This document shows, piece by piece, positions 34,696 to 43,373 of a DNA stretch of 64,000 nucleotides. Numbering within the stretch: position 1 is the first letter of the stretch; the number at the start of each line of letters is the position of its first letter. The stretch is from an uncultured Desulfospira sp. (lineage in GTDB: Bacteria; Desulfobacterota; Desulfobacteria; Desulfobacterales; Desulfobacteraceae). The notes beneath the pieces are model-generated. The model searched no databases and had not been told where the DNA came from. It saw only the letters and a list, made by a program, of their open reading frames with translations. The stretch spans positions 4,032,001 to 4,096,000 of the forward strand of contig OY760175.1 in assembly GCA_963663165.1 (NCBI GenBank), read 5' to 3'. The translations under genes were made by a program, and so were the position numbers.

Positions 34696-35241
34696 ATGCT
34701 TGATATTGCAACCGCATACAATAAATACAAATTCCTTGGCAATGAATTTTTAACCTGGATCTGGTACCTGATCGAAACGGACCAGGACATTTCAAAGCTG
34801 GCCGGATTGAATAAGGCGGTCCGCCTTGAGATCGGAAACAGCATCGTCCTTGAAAATTCCCTGGGGGACAAATCAAAGGAGAAAATCACTATTAAAGGCG
34901 ACCAGGCCGGTCTTGAAGAGGGAACCACAGCCTTAAAAAAAGGGGCCGTGGTTACGGAAATCAACCTTGCCTGCCGGCTCGATCAAAGACAGGATGATGA
35001 GGAAACCTATAAATTTACCATTAAAGGGGAAAGCTTTAACCTGACCAGCTTAAAGCTTCCGCCAACAGGAAAAGGCGAGACAAAAGATGATATAGAGGGC
35101 ATTGTCCTTGAAAAAGTCTATCTTTTATCAGAGCTTACACAGGTTATTGACACCCTGTTTTTAAAATTTATTGAGAAACGAATTTCAGATGACTGGAAAA
35201 ACCAGGAACTTCAGCAAATTAGGGACTGGATTAATTCTTAA
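34696..35241 (+). CDS. Hypothetical protein, probable partner of the RdgC-like protein
   Basis: Begins 3 nt after the previous stop, GAGG RBS; FLGNEFLTWIWY and ALKKGAVVTEI segments. Confidence 0.7.
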   Translation: MLDIATAYNKYKFLGNEFLTWIWYLIETDQDISKLAGLNKAVRLEIGNSIVLENSLGDKSKEKITIKGDQAGLEEGTTALKKGAVVTEINLACRLDQRQDDEETYKFTIKGESFNLTSLKLPPTGKGETKDDIEGIVLEKVYLLSELTQVIDTLFLKFIEKRISDDWKNQELQQIRDWINS

Positions 35242-35598
35242 CAGCAACTGAATAATAAAATGTTCAAAACAGCTCAGTTTTAAACACCGAAAAATTTTTC
35301 GGATAAAACGTTAAGGTTCTGCACTGTAATTAAACGGTTTATGAACAGGCCAAAATATGATTATTTTAAATGAATATAAATAATTAAAACTTTATTAACA
35401 TTCAAACACCCCTTATTATTATGATTATTTTTTTAAATAAATAATTATAAATAACAAACCTGAACCATTTTGATTTTCCGAATTTTGAAGATGGATTTTA
35501 AAACCCTGGTCTGCATTCATATATCCCTTGGATCAAAATCATCTTGCCGGTATGATCAATCTTTATTAAAATATAAATTATTGACCATTTTCTAACAG

Positions 35599-36111
35599 GT
35601 GCAGAGCATTTTGAACCAAACACCCCATGAAGACAGATGCAGGGCGCTTTTAACTTCCTTGAGGAAAATTATCCAGGCCATTGATATTCACTCCCGGATG
35701 CTCAATAAAAAGTTCGGCCTGACCGGTCCTCAACTCATTGTTCTCCAGGAAATCTTCAGTCACGGAGAAATTTCCATCACGCCGTTGTCCAAAAATACCA
35801 GCTTAAGCCAGGCCACGGTAACGGACATCACCAAACGCCTTGAGGTTAAAGGGCATATCTGCCGCAGGAAAAATGAAACCGACAAAAGAGCGGTCAGCCT
35901 CTCCTTAAGCGACCAGGGAAAAGAGGTGGTCAACAACCTGCCGCCCCTGCTCCAGGAAGAGTTCACTGAAAAATTTTTAACGCTTGAAAACTGGGAACAG
36001 ATGATGATCCTGGCCTCATTTGAGCGGGTGGTCACCCTGATGTCTGCAGAAGGGATTGATGCCTCTCCGGTCCTGGTTACCGGCCCCCTTCAAAAAAAGG
36101 TGCCGGTATAA
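35599..36111 (+). CDS. MarR-family transcriptional regulator (EctR/CosR-like)
   Basis: LRKIIQAIDIHSR..GLTGPQL, SLSQATVT, DKR, PPLLQE.F motifs; GTG start. Confidence 0.88.
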   Translation: MQSILNQTPHEDRCRALLTSLRKIIQAIDIHSRMLNKKFGLTGPQLIVLQEIFSHGEISITPLSKNTSLSQATVTDITKRLEVKGHICRRKNETDKRAVSLSLSDQGKEVVNNLPPLLQEEFTEKFLTLENWEQMMILASFERVVTLMSAEGIDASPVLVTGPLQKKVPV

Positions 36112-36232
36112 TTGTGTCAAAAAATCCGACTTACGGATTCCGCATTGAATTTTACCAGGGCTGAATTATCTTCTCCAGGAAATCAGTTGTGTTTGCTTTT
36201 AAACCATACCAGTCCATTCATGGAGGATTATA

Positions 36233-37171
36233 ATGGCCAACCAATTTAAATCTGCGCTGCTCCTGACGGCAATGACCGCTCTGTTTTTAGGCATCGGATA
36301 TCTTTTAGGCGGCCAGGGGGGGATGTTTATTGCCCTGATTTTTGCCGCCGTTCTCAATATCGGGTCTTACTGGTATTCGGATAAGGTGGTGTTAAGCCGG
36401 TACAGGGCAAGACCCATAGAACGATCCGAGGCCCCCGGCCTTTACGACACCGTGGCAAAGCTTGCCGGCCAGGCCGGGCTGCCCATGCCAAAGGTCGCCA
36501 TCATTCCGGACCCGGCCCCCAATGCCTTTGCCACAGGCCGGAACCCTCAACACGCCGTTGTGGCCGTCACTCAGGGGCTGATGAATATGATGTCCCAGGA
36601 GGAGCTTGAAGGCGTCATTGCCCATGAACTCGGCCATGTCCGGAACCGGGATATCCTGGTATCCACCATTGCCGCCACCCTGGCCGGGGCCATCATGTGG
36701 ATCGCTTCTATTGCCCGGTTTTCAGCCTTTTTCGGCGGTGCCGGCGACAGGGATGAAGACGGTCTTGGAATCGTGGGGGTCCTGGTGGTTTCCATGCTGG
36801 CCCCGGTGGCGGCCATGATTGTTCAGATGGCTGTGTCCAGGTCCAGGGAATACATGGCAGACGCGGCATCCGCCAGCATCACCGGAAACCCGGGCGGCCT
36901 TGCCAGGGCCCTGGAAAAACTGGGATCATACGGCAGAACCCGGGGGCAGGTTCAGGCAAGTCCCTCCACAGCCCACATGTTTATTGTCACCCCCCTGTCC
37001 GGCCGCCGGATGGCCAGCCTGTTTTCCACCCACCCCTCCATTGAGGACCGGGTGGCCCGGCTGACAGGGTTTTCCAGACCTGGAAACCATTCACATGGAC
37101 ACGATGCCGATGCCCGAGGCCCCCAAAGCCAGGACGAACAGAGCCGGGCATTCTGGGACAGTTTGAAATAA
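36233..37171 (+). CDS. htpX: Zinc metalloprotease HtpX (M48)
   Basis: PNAFATGRNP, AHELGH, SRSREYMAD, FSTHP motifs. Confidence 0.94.
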   Translation: MANQFKSALLLTAMTALFLGIGYLLGGQGGMFIALIFAAVLNIGSYWYSDKVVLSRYRARPIERSEAPGLYDTVAKLAGQAGLPMPKVAIIPDPAPNAFATGRNPQHAVVAVTQGLMNMMSQEELEGVIAHELGHVRNRDILVSTIAATLAGAIMWIASIARFSAFFGGAGDRDEDGLGIVGVLVVSMLAPVAAMIVQMAVSRSREYMADAASASITGNPGGLARALEKLGSYGRTRGQVQASPSTAHMFIVTPLSGRRMASLFSTHPSIEDRVARLTGFSRPGNHSHGHDADARGPQSQDEQSRAFWDSLK

Positions 37172-37292
37172 AGGATTCAGGCCGATTCCAGCATTGTGGT
37201 CCCAATAAACAATTGACGCCTGACAGACAACCATATATTCCTAAACAATAAAGAGGCACATTATAGAAATAACGATTAGCAATCTGAATTAA

Positions 37293-38265
37293 ATGACCTT
37301 TATCGAAAAAACGAGACTGGCTGTATCAAAAGAAATATCCCCGGAGAAAAAGTCTCAACTGGGCCAATTCTTTACTCCCGAATCCATTGCCCGATTCATG
37401 GCGGATATGTTTGTTCACGGTAAAAACAGCCAATGCCGCCTGCTGGATGCCGGCGCCGGAATAGGCTCGCTTTCAACTGCCTTTCTGGAGAAATGGGCAT
37501 CCGGTAAATCCTGTTTTGAGCATGTTCAGCTGGACGCTTTTGAAGTCGATACATCCTTGATACCCGATTTAACACGGGTATTGGATTGTCTTCTTGGAGG
37601 ATCAAGAAAAATTTATTCATATTCCGACATCACCCGAAATCAATACCCCTGAATTTTACCCATCTATCCGAAATTCGCTATCAGATTTGAGCATTAATGT
37701 TTCTACCGGGCCGGTAGTGGATTTCCGGGTAAAAAAACATCTGCGTGAAATGCCTGAAGAACATACGGTTCCCCTTCTTTACCCAACACATTTCATCGAC
37801 AACGGGTGCCAATGGCCAAAACAGGGGATAAAAAAACCAAACGCTATCAAACGGAACCATCATACTGAAAAATGGCTTTATCCAAATGGTTTCTATTGTG
37901 TAGTCCGCAGATTTTCATCAAAAGAAGAAAAACGCCGTATTGTAGCCAGTATTGTTGATCCTCTGCAATTTCCCGATGCCCCTGTAATAGGATTTGAAAA
38001 TCACCTCAATGTGTTTCATAACGGTAAAAGAGGGTTGCCAAAGGCATTGGCGTTTGGCATTGCGCTATTTTTAAATTCAACCGCAGTTGATCAATATTTT
38101 AGAACGTTCAACGGCCATACGCAGGTCAATGCAACAGATCTTAAACAAATTAGATACCCGAATCGGAACACCTTGATGACCATGGGAGATTGGGCAATGG
38201 CCCAAGCTGAGCTCAACCAGGATTTGATTGATGATAAACTGGAAAAGGTATTGAATGAACCATAA
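37293..38265 (+). pseudogene. BsuBI/PstI-like N6-adenine methyltransferase, internally deleted and frameshifted
   Basis: First ORF has GQFFTP and LLDAGAGIGSL; second has STGPVVDFR, RRFSSKEEKRR, FNGHTQVNATDL; the central NPPY catalytic region is absent; junction near 37583. Confidence 0.82.
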
Positions 38266-39136
38266 AAAGGATAACCTTTCTGCGGCGCACAAAATTCTCA
38301 TATCACTGGGCCTTCCAAGGGCTCAGCAAAATGAACGTTCCGCACTTTGCCTGCTTTCTTTGCTCAATCTTTCACCGGAAAAATCATGGCCCCAAGCTGA
38401 AAATCCATTGATGGGGATCACACCGATAATGGATTGGATCCGAGATTATTATCAAAAGAATTATGCGCCAAACACAAGGGAAACCGTCCGCCGACAAACC
38501 ATGCACCAATTTGTGGATGCCGGGATTGCACTGTATAACCCGGATGATCCGAACAGACCGGTGAACAGCCCTAAGGCTGTCTATCAAATAGAACCGGCTG
38601 CATTACATCTGCTGCAAAGTTTTGACACCAGAAAATGGCACGATAACCTGACAGATTATCTGGCTGAACGGGAGACCCTTGCCGCCCGCTATGCCCAGGA
38701 ACGAGAACAAAACCGAGTGCCTGTGCAAATTCGACCAGAAAAGAGAATTACGCTTAGCCCGGGTGAACACAGCGAACTGATCCGGGACATAATTGAAGAT
38801 TTTGCACCCCGGTTTGCACCTGGGAGTACACTGGTTTATGCCGGGGACACCGGGGACAAATGGGGTTATTTCGATGCGGCACTTCTTGACTCATTAGGCG
38901 TTGATATTGGCTCCCACGGCAAAATGCCTGATGTCATATTGAACTATGCCAAGAAAGGGTGGCTGCTGTTGGTCGAATCCGTAACAAGCCATGGGCCGGT
39001 GGATGGAAAAAGGCATTCGGAACTGTCACAGTTATTTTCCGGCGCAACGCCGGGAATCGTGTATGTGACGGCTTTTCCCAACCGCTTAGATATGACGGTC
39101 AGAGCCCTCAGGCTGAGGGCTCTGAGCGGTAATTAA
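38255..39136 (+). pseudogene. BsuBI/PstI-family type II restriction endonuclease, probably C-terminally truncated
   Basis: YAPNTRETVRRQTMHQF, LSPGEHSELI, HGKMPDV...LVESVTSHGP; after AFPNR the sequence runs into a hairpin and lacks the family-typical WETEVW...HFNG tail. Confidence 0.75.
39099..39125. terminator. Hairpin between convergent genes
   Basis: tcagagccctca-ggc-tgagggctctga, perfect 12-bp stem. Confidence 0.55.
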
Positions 39137-39333
39137 TACCCCGGGTAATTTTCAGGGACAAGGGCGTCGTTCATCTCGAACATCTGCCCCATGTGGTCCA
39201 GCTCGTAAGGCAGCCCGGCATAATCATCATGGGCGCCGTCAACCCCGACAGTATTGTCAAACCCACAAACAGAACAGATGCTTGTGCGGGGAGACAACAA
39301 CATACCGCAGTCCATGCAAAAATCCTTCGACAT
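39133..39333 (-). CDS. Small zinc-ribbon protein with acidic tail
   Basis: CMDCG...CSVCG motif; strong AAAGGAG RBS upstream of the GTG/ATG-like start; promoter-like sequence upstream. Confidence 0.7.
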   Translation of the reverse strand: MSKDFCMDCGMLLSPRTSICSVCGFDNTVGVDGAHDDYAGLPYELDHMGQMFEMNDALVPENYPGY

Positions 39334-39407
39334 TGTTTTCTCCTTTACAATAATGTTGTGGTTTGGATGGGATTTGCACAGCTTTAAACGTCAAATCCCT
39401 ATAGCGT

Positions 39408-39447
39408 GTTACCTTCAGTAAGGTAACCTCATCCACTTTGATGTCAA
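39408..39447 (-). promoter_or_regulatory. Sigma70-like promoter with overlapping palindrome
   Basis: Minus-strand TTGACA...TACCTT; palindrome gttacctt-cagt-aaggtaac at 39408-39427 overlaps the -10 box. Confidence 0.5.
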
Positions 39448-40028
39448 GATTGAAATTCTTCCACAGGCTTTCCTTTTTCAATGGCCAAGTTAAGATCTTC
39501 CAGGTGTTTATTATAAAGGTCTAGAATATATTCGAGCTTGCAAAAGAACTCATCATCTTCCCCGATAAGCTGCCTTGCTTTGTCCAGCAGAAGGCCGGCC
39601 GTTTCACAGAAACCCTCCATTTCCTCGAACAGTCTTTTTCGGTTTTCATGCTTTTGCTTTTCCTGGGCAATTACAGGCCGCAGCTGCCGGATGGAAAATT
39701 CCACCAACACATCCCGCGGCAGTTCGTACTCCCTTGCAAAGGCGTCCAGCCGGCTCAATGAGTTCTTGCTTAAAACAAATGTTTTTTGTTTGCGCTGGTT
39801 TTTTTGAGGCTGGTATTTCCTGGCTTTGCCGGCAATCTGGTCCAGGGTCTGTTTATCTTCCACGAGATGGTCGAAGATGGATTTTTGTTTAATCCCAAGC
39901 TGGTTCGCAACGGTGCTGAGCAGATTAATGGTGGTTCTGGGAAGGGTAAATGTTGCTCGAACCGACTGCATTCCTTTAAGGGCATCTAAGGACAGGTTGG
40001 TGTTATTTGATTTCGATTCGTTCATCAT
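39444..40028 (-). CDS. Hypothetical protein with two predicted ribbon-helix-helix repeats and a helical C-terminus
   Basis: SVRATFTLPRTTINLLSTVANQLGIKQKSIFDHLV and RKQKTFVLSKNSLSRLDAFAREYELPRDVLVEFSI; AAGGAG RBS. Confidence 0.72.
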   Translation of the reverse strand: MMNESKSNNTNLSLDALKGMQSVRATFTLPRTTINLLSTVANQLGIKQKSIFDHLVEDKQTLDQIAGKARKYQPQKNQRKQKTFVLSKNSLSRLDAFAREYELPRDVLVEFSIRQLRPVIAQEKQKHENRKRLFEEMEGFCETAGLLLDKARQLIGEDDEFFCKLEYILDLYNKHLEDLNLAIEKGKPVEEFQS

Positions 40029-40049
40029 TTTATATCTCCTTTTTTGAAG

Positions 40050-40135
40050 AAAGTAACCCTATCATATTACTTTGTCAATAATTATAAAAATAATAATGAA
40101 AATTATATTGACATGTTATTTTTTATATCTATTTT
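40050..40135. promoter_or_regulatory. Back-to-back divergent sigma70-like promoters
   Basis: TTGACA on the minus strand (40073-40078) with TACTTT 17 nt downstream; TTGACA on the plus strand (40108-40113); AT-rich spacer. Confidence 0.55.
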
Positions 40136-40199
40136 AATTCCAAGTTCAACACAGGGCCGGAAAAAACCGGCCATAACCCATAACAAAGGAGTAGGAACT

Positions 40200-40646
40200 A
40201 TGTTTACAAGAATGAGCGAGATCGACAAAATGTTCGGGGCCATGGATCTGCTCCGAACCAAAATGGATCAGATTTTCAACGATTATGACAGACCCTGGGC
40301 CGCTGGTCCGGCCTTTGCACCGGCTTCAAACTCACCCCGTACCAACCTGTTTGAAAAGGGGGATACCTTTGAAGTCCAGGCCGAAGTCCCCGGAATTTCC
40401 AAAGAGGACCTGAACATTAAAATCCAGGGAAATTACCTTGAAATCAGCGGCAAACGGACCGTAAAACCGCCTGAAAATTACAAGGTCCACCGGAACGAAA
40501 GAGCTGCCAGTACGTTTTCCCGCAGCTTTACCCTGCCCGAGGAGGTTGACGCGGACAAGGTAGAGGCCCAGCTCAAAGACGGGATCCTTTATTTGACGCT
40601 GCCCAAATCGGAAACCGCCAAACCCAGACAGATCACCATTCATTAA
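40200..40646 (+). CDS. Hsp20/alpha-crystallin small heat-shock protein
   Basis: AEVPGISKEDL, FSRSFTLP, LKDGILYLTLPK; start moved to ATG 40200 with RBS. Confidence 0.93.
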   Translation: MFTRMSEIDKMFGAMDLLRTKMDQIFNDYDRPWAAGPAFAPASNSPRTNLFEKGDTFEVQAEVPGISKEDLNIKIQGNYLEISGKRTVKPPENYKVHRNERAASTFSRSFTLPEEVDADKVEAQLKDGILYLTLPKSETAKPRQITIH

Positions 40647-40677
40647 TGGAACCATAAAAGCAATTCAGGAGGTTATC

Positions 40678-41064
40678 ATGAATAACGGTAAAGATATGAC
40701 CCAAAAAGAAAACAACCCCATTGAGAAAACCCGGGCCTTAAGATCGGTGGTCCCATGGGTGGACATCTACGAAAACGAGGACGAAATCCTGGTTCATGCC
40801 GATATGCCGGGGGTAACCAAAGAGGAAATCTCAGTGAATATCGACAATGGAACCCTGTCTATTTCCGGTGTCAGACGGTTTGAGCATAAAGGGGCGTCCA
40901 AATGGAAGGAATTTGATGACGTTGAGTATACCAGAAAATTTTCCATTCCCCAGACCATTGATGTGGAACAGGTTAAAGCCGAGTTGAAAGACGGTGTTCT
41001 CAAACTTCACCTGCCCAAATCCGAGGCAGCCAAACCCAAAATGATTGAGATCAAAGCGGCATAA
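40678..41064 (+). CDS. Hsp20/alpha-crystallin small heat-shock protein
   Basis: VDIYENEDEI..ADMPGV, LKDGVLKLHLPK; AGGAGG RBS. Confidence 0.93.
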   Translation: MNNGKDMTQKENNPIEKTRALRSVVPWVDIYENEDEILVHADMPGVTKEEISVNIDNGTLSISGVRRFEHKGASKWKEFDDVEYTRKFSIPQTIDVEQVKAELKDGVLKLHLPKSEAAKPKMIEIKAA

Positions 41065-41099
41065 CCGTTTAAGGCAAGACACCGTCTCCTCTCATGAAA

Positions 41100-41141
41100 G
41101 GATGGCCGGGGCACATGAAATACCGTTAGCCCCGGCCATCC
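41100..41141 (+). other. Intercistronic stem-loop
   Basis: ggatggccggggc / gccccggccatcc, perfect 13-bp stem with a 16-nt loop. Confidence 0.6.
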
Positions 41142-41176
41142 ATGAACAAAACTTAAAACCGCAAAGGAGGCAGATT

Positions 41177-41728
41177 ATGGATATCAAAAAATTAGCCCCA
41201 TGGAATTGGTTTAAAAAAGAAGATAACGGCAGCGGCCATGCTGTTCCGGTAAAACCCGGCAAGAATGAGCAATTTTATGCGCTCAGCCCCTTTCACAGCG
41301 AGGTAGACCGCCTGTTTGATGAATTTTTTGACGGGTTCGGGTTATCCCCCTTAGGGTCAGGACTCCGGATGCCTGAAGGGATGGCCGGCGGCATGTTAAA
41401 GCCAAAGCTTGATCTAAGTGCCGCTGACAAAGAATACACGGTTTCCGTGGAGGTTCCGGGCGTCAGTGAAAAAGATGTAAGCCTGGAACTGACCAGGGAC
41501 ACCCTGACAATCCGTGGGGAAAAGAAACAGGAAAAAGAAGAAAAAAACAACAGCTTTTACCGGCTTGAACGCGCTTACGGATCTTTTCAGCGCATTCTGT
41601 CGTTGCCCGAAGACGCGGACAAGGACCATATCAAAGCCAATTTTAAAAACGGGGTCCTGAAAATTGCCATCCCCAGAGTGAAAGCGGCTGGCCGGCAGGC
41701 TAAACAAATTGAAATCAAAGCGGCATGA
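41177..41728 (+). CDS. Hsp20/alpha-crystallin small heat-shock protein
   Basis: MDIKKLAPWNWF N-terminus, EVPGV, ERAYGSFQRILSLP, FKNGVL; start moved to ATG 41177 with an AGGAGG RBS. Confidence 0.93.
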   Translation: MDIKKLAPWNWFKKEDNGSGHAVPVKPGKNEQFYALSPFHSEVDRLFDEFFDGFGLSPLGSGLRMPEGMAGGMLKPKLDLSAADKEYTVSVEVPGVSEKDVSLELTRDTLTIRGEKKQEKEEKNNSFYRLERAYGSFQRILSLPEDADKDHIKANFKNGVLKIAIPRVKAAGRQAKQIEIKAA

Positions 41729-41739
41729 GAATAAGGCAT

Positions 41740-41820
41740 TTAGGCTGAAGACTGAAGGCTGAAGAATATTGCCCTCAAATATTGGGCCTTCAGCCTCTAC
41801 CCCTTCAGCCTAACAGCCTG
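41740..41820. repeat. GGCTGAAG/CTTCAGCC dispersed repeat hairpin
   Basis: ttaggctgaagactgaaggctgaag ... ccttcagcct...ccttcagcct between convergent genes. Confidence 0.75.
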
Positions 41821-41850
41821 TTAAAATGAGTAACTTTTGCTTCAAATACA

Positions 41851-43266
41851 CTACATGTCCTCGAGTTCCCTGCCTTTGGTCTCCTTAACAAACACAAACA
41901 CAAAAAAGATGGAAAAGGTCGCAAACACCGCATAGATGCCGTAAGCGATACTCAACCCCATGCTCTCTGTAATGGGCGGAAAGGTCGTGGACACCAGGAA
42001 ATTGGCGATCCATTGCATGCTGGCCGCAAGAGACAGGGCCGCGGCCCTGATTTTGTTGGGAAACATCTCCCCAAGCAGCACCCAGACCACCGGTCCCCAG
42101 GAACAGCCAAAGGAAAACACATACAGATTGGCCGCCACCAGGGCCATAATCCCTGCCATGCCCGAAAGCACGGGCTGACCGGTTTCAGGGCTGATCTGGG
42201 CGGTGCCGAAAATTACGGCCATGGTGGTCAGGGTGATGGCCATGCCGATGGACCCGATTAACAGCAGGGGTTTTCGGCCCCACCGGTCCACATACCGGAT
42301 GGCGATCAGGGTGGTAACAATATTGACAACCCCGGTAATAACGGCGATCTGAAGGGCATGGGATTCGGTAAACCCCACGGCCCGCCAGAGGGTTGTCCCA
42401 TAGTAAAAGATAACATTGATGCCCACCAGTTGCTGGAGCATGGACAGGATCATGCCGGTCCAGACAATGGGCAGCAGGCCGAAGCCACCCAGCAGGTCGG
42501 AAAATCTGGGCTTATGTTCCGTCCCCATGGTGGCCTTAATTTCTGCGACTTTCTGTTGGGCACCCCGGCCCATCACCTTTTCTAAAACAGCTGCGGCCAG
42601 GGCATCCTTGCCTTTGGCCACCAGGTACCGGGGCGATTCGGGAATCACAAAAGAGAACAGCCCGTAAATTACCGCGGCCGGTGCTTCCGACCAGAACATC
42701 CACTGCCAGCCTTTAAACCCGAGCCACCCTGTTCCTTCAGCAGACCCGCCCGCAGAACTGGCAATACCAAAATCCGAAAGCAGGGCAATAAAAATCCCCA
42801 CCACAATGGCCAGCTGCTGCAGCGAGGCCAGGCGGCCGCGCAGATGGGCCGGAGAAACCTCGGCAATATAAGCCGGCGCAATCACACTGGCAGCCCCCAC
42901 ACCGATTCCCCCCAGGATCCGCCAGAAGATAAAATCCAAAAGTCCCACCGGAAACCCGGACCCCAGGGCACTGATGAAAAAAAGGACCGCGGCAATGGTC
43001 ATGGTCCGGATCCGGCCGATGCGGTCGGCTATGGGGCCTGCGGCCAGGGCACCGGCAGCCGATCCGAGCAGGGCCAGGGATACGGCAAGACCGATCTGAA
43101 GAGACGTGGCCTTGAAAACATTTTGTACCGCAACCACGGCGCCGCTGATCACGGCGGTGTCAAATCCGAATAAAAAGCCGCCAAGGGCGGCGGCTGACGC
43201 AATCAGGATAACGAAACCGGTCCCTGGCGAAGGGGGCCGGGCTTCTCCTGCATCTGATAAAGTCAT
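41851..43266 (-). CDS. Sugar porter family MFS transporter (GlcP-like)
   Basis: GGFLFGFDTAVISGA, DRIGR, PESPRYL, QQLVGIN, GPVVWVLLGEMFP, ETKG motifs. Confidence 0.94.
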   Translation of the reverse strand: MTLSDAGEARPPSPGTGFVILIASAAALGGFLFGFDTAVISGAVVAVQNVFKATSLQIGLAVSLALLGSAAGALAAGPIADRIGRIRTMTIAAVLFFISALGSGFPVGLLDFIFWRILGGIGVGAASVIAPAYIAEVSPAHLRGRLASLQQLAIVVGIFIALLSDFGIASSAGGSAEGTGWLGFKGWQWMFWSEAPAAVIYGLFSFVIPESPRYLVAKGKDALAAAVLEKVMGRGAQQKVAEIKATMGTEHKPRFSDLLGGFGLLPIVWTGMILSMLQQLVGINVIFYYGTTLWRAVGFTESHALQIAVITGVVNIVTTLIAIRYVDRWGRKPLLLIGSIGMAITLTTMAVIFGTAQISPETGQPVLSGMAGIMALVAANLYVFSFGCSWGPVVWVLLGEMFPNKIRAAALSLAASMQWIANFLVSTTFPPITESMGLSIAYGIYAVFATFSIFFVFVFVKETKGRELEDM

Positions 43267-43373
43267 GGTGTTTCCTTTCTTTGCAAGCGCTTAGCCGTTA
43301 GCTGTCTGCCGCCAGCGAATCGCTGATTTTTCCATTATTAATGATATTCATATGGGGCTGTCTTAAGGCGGAG

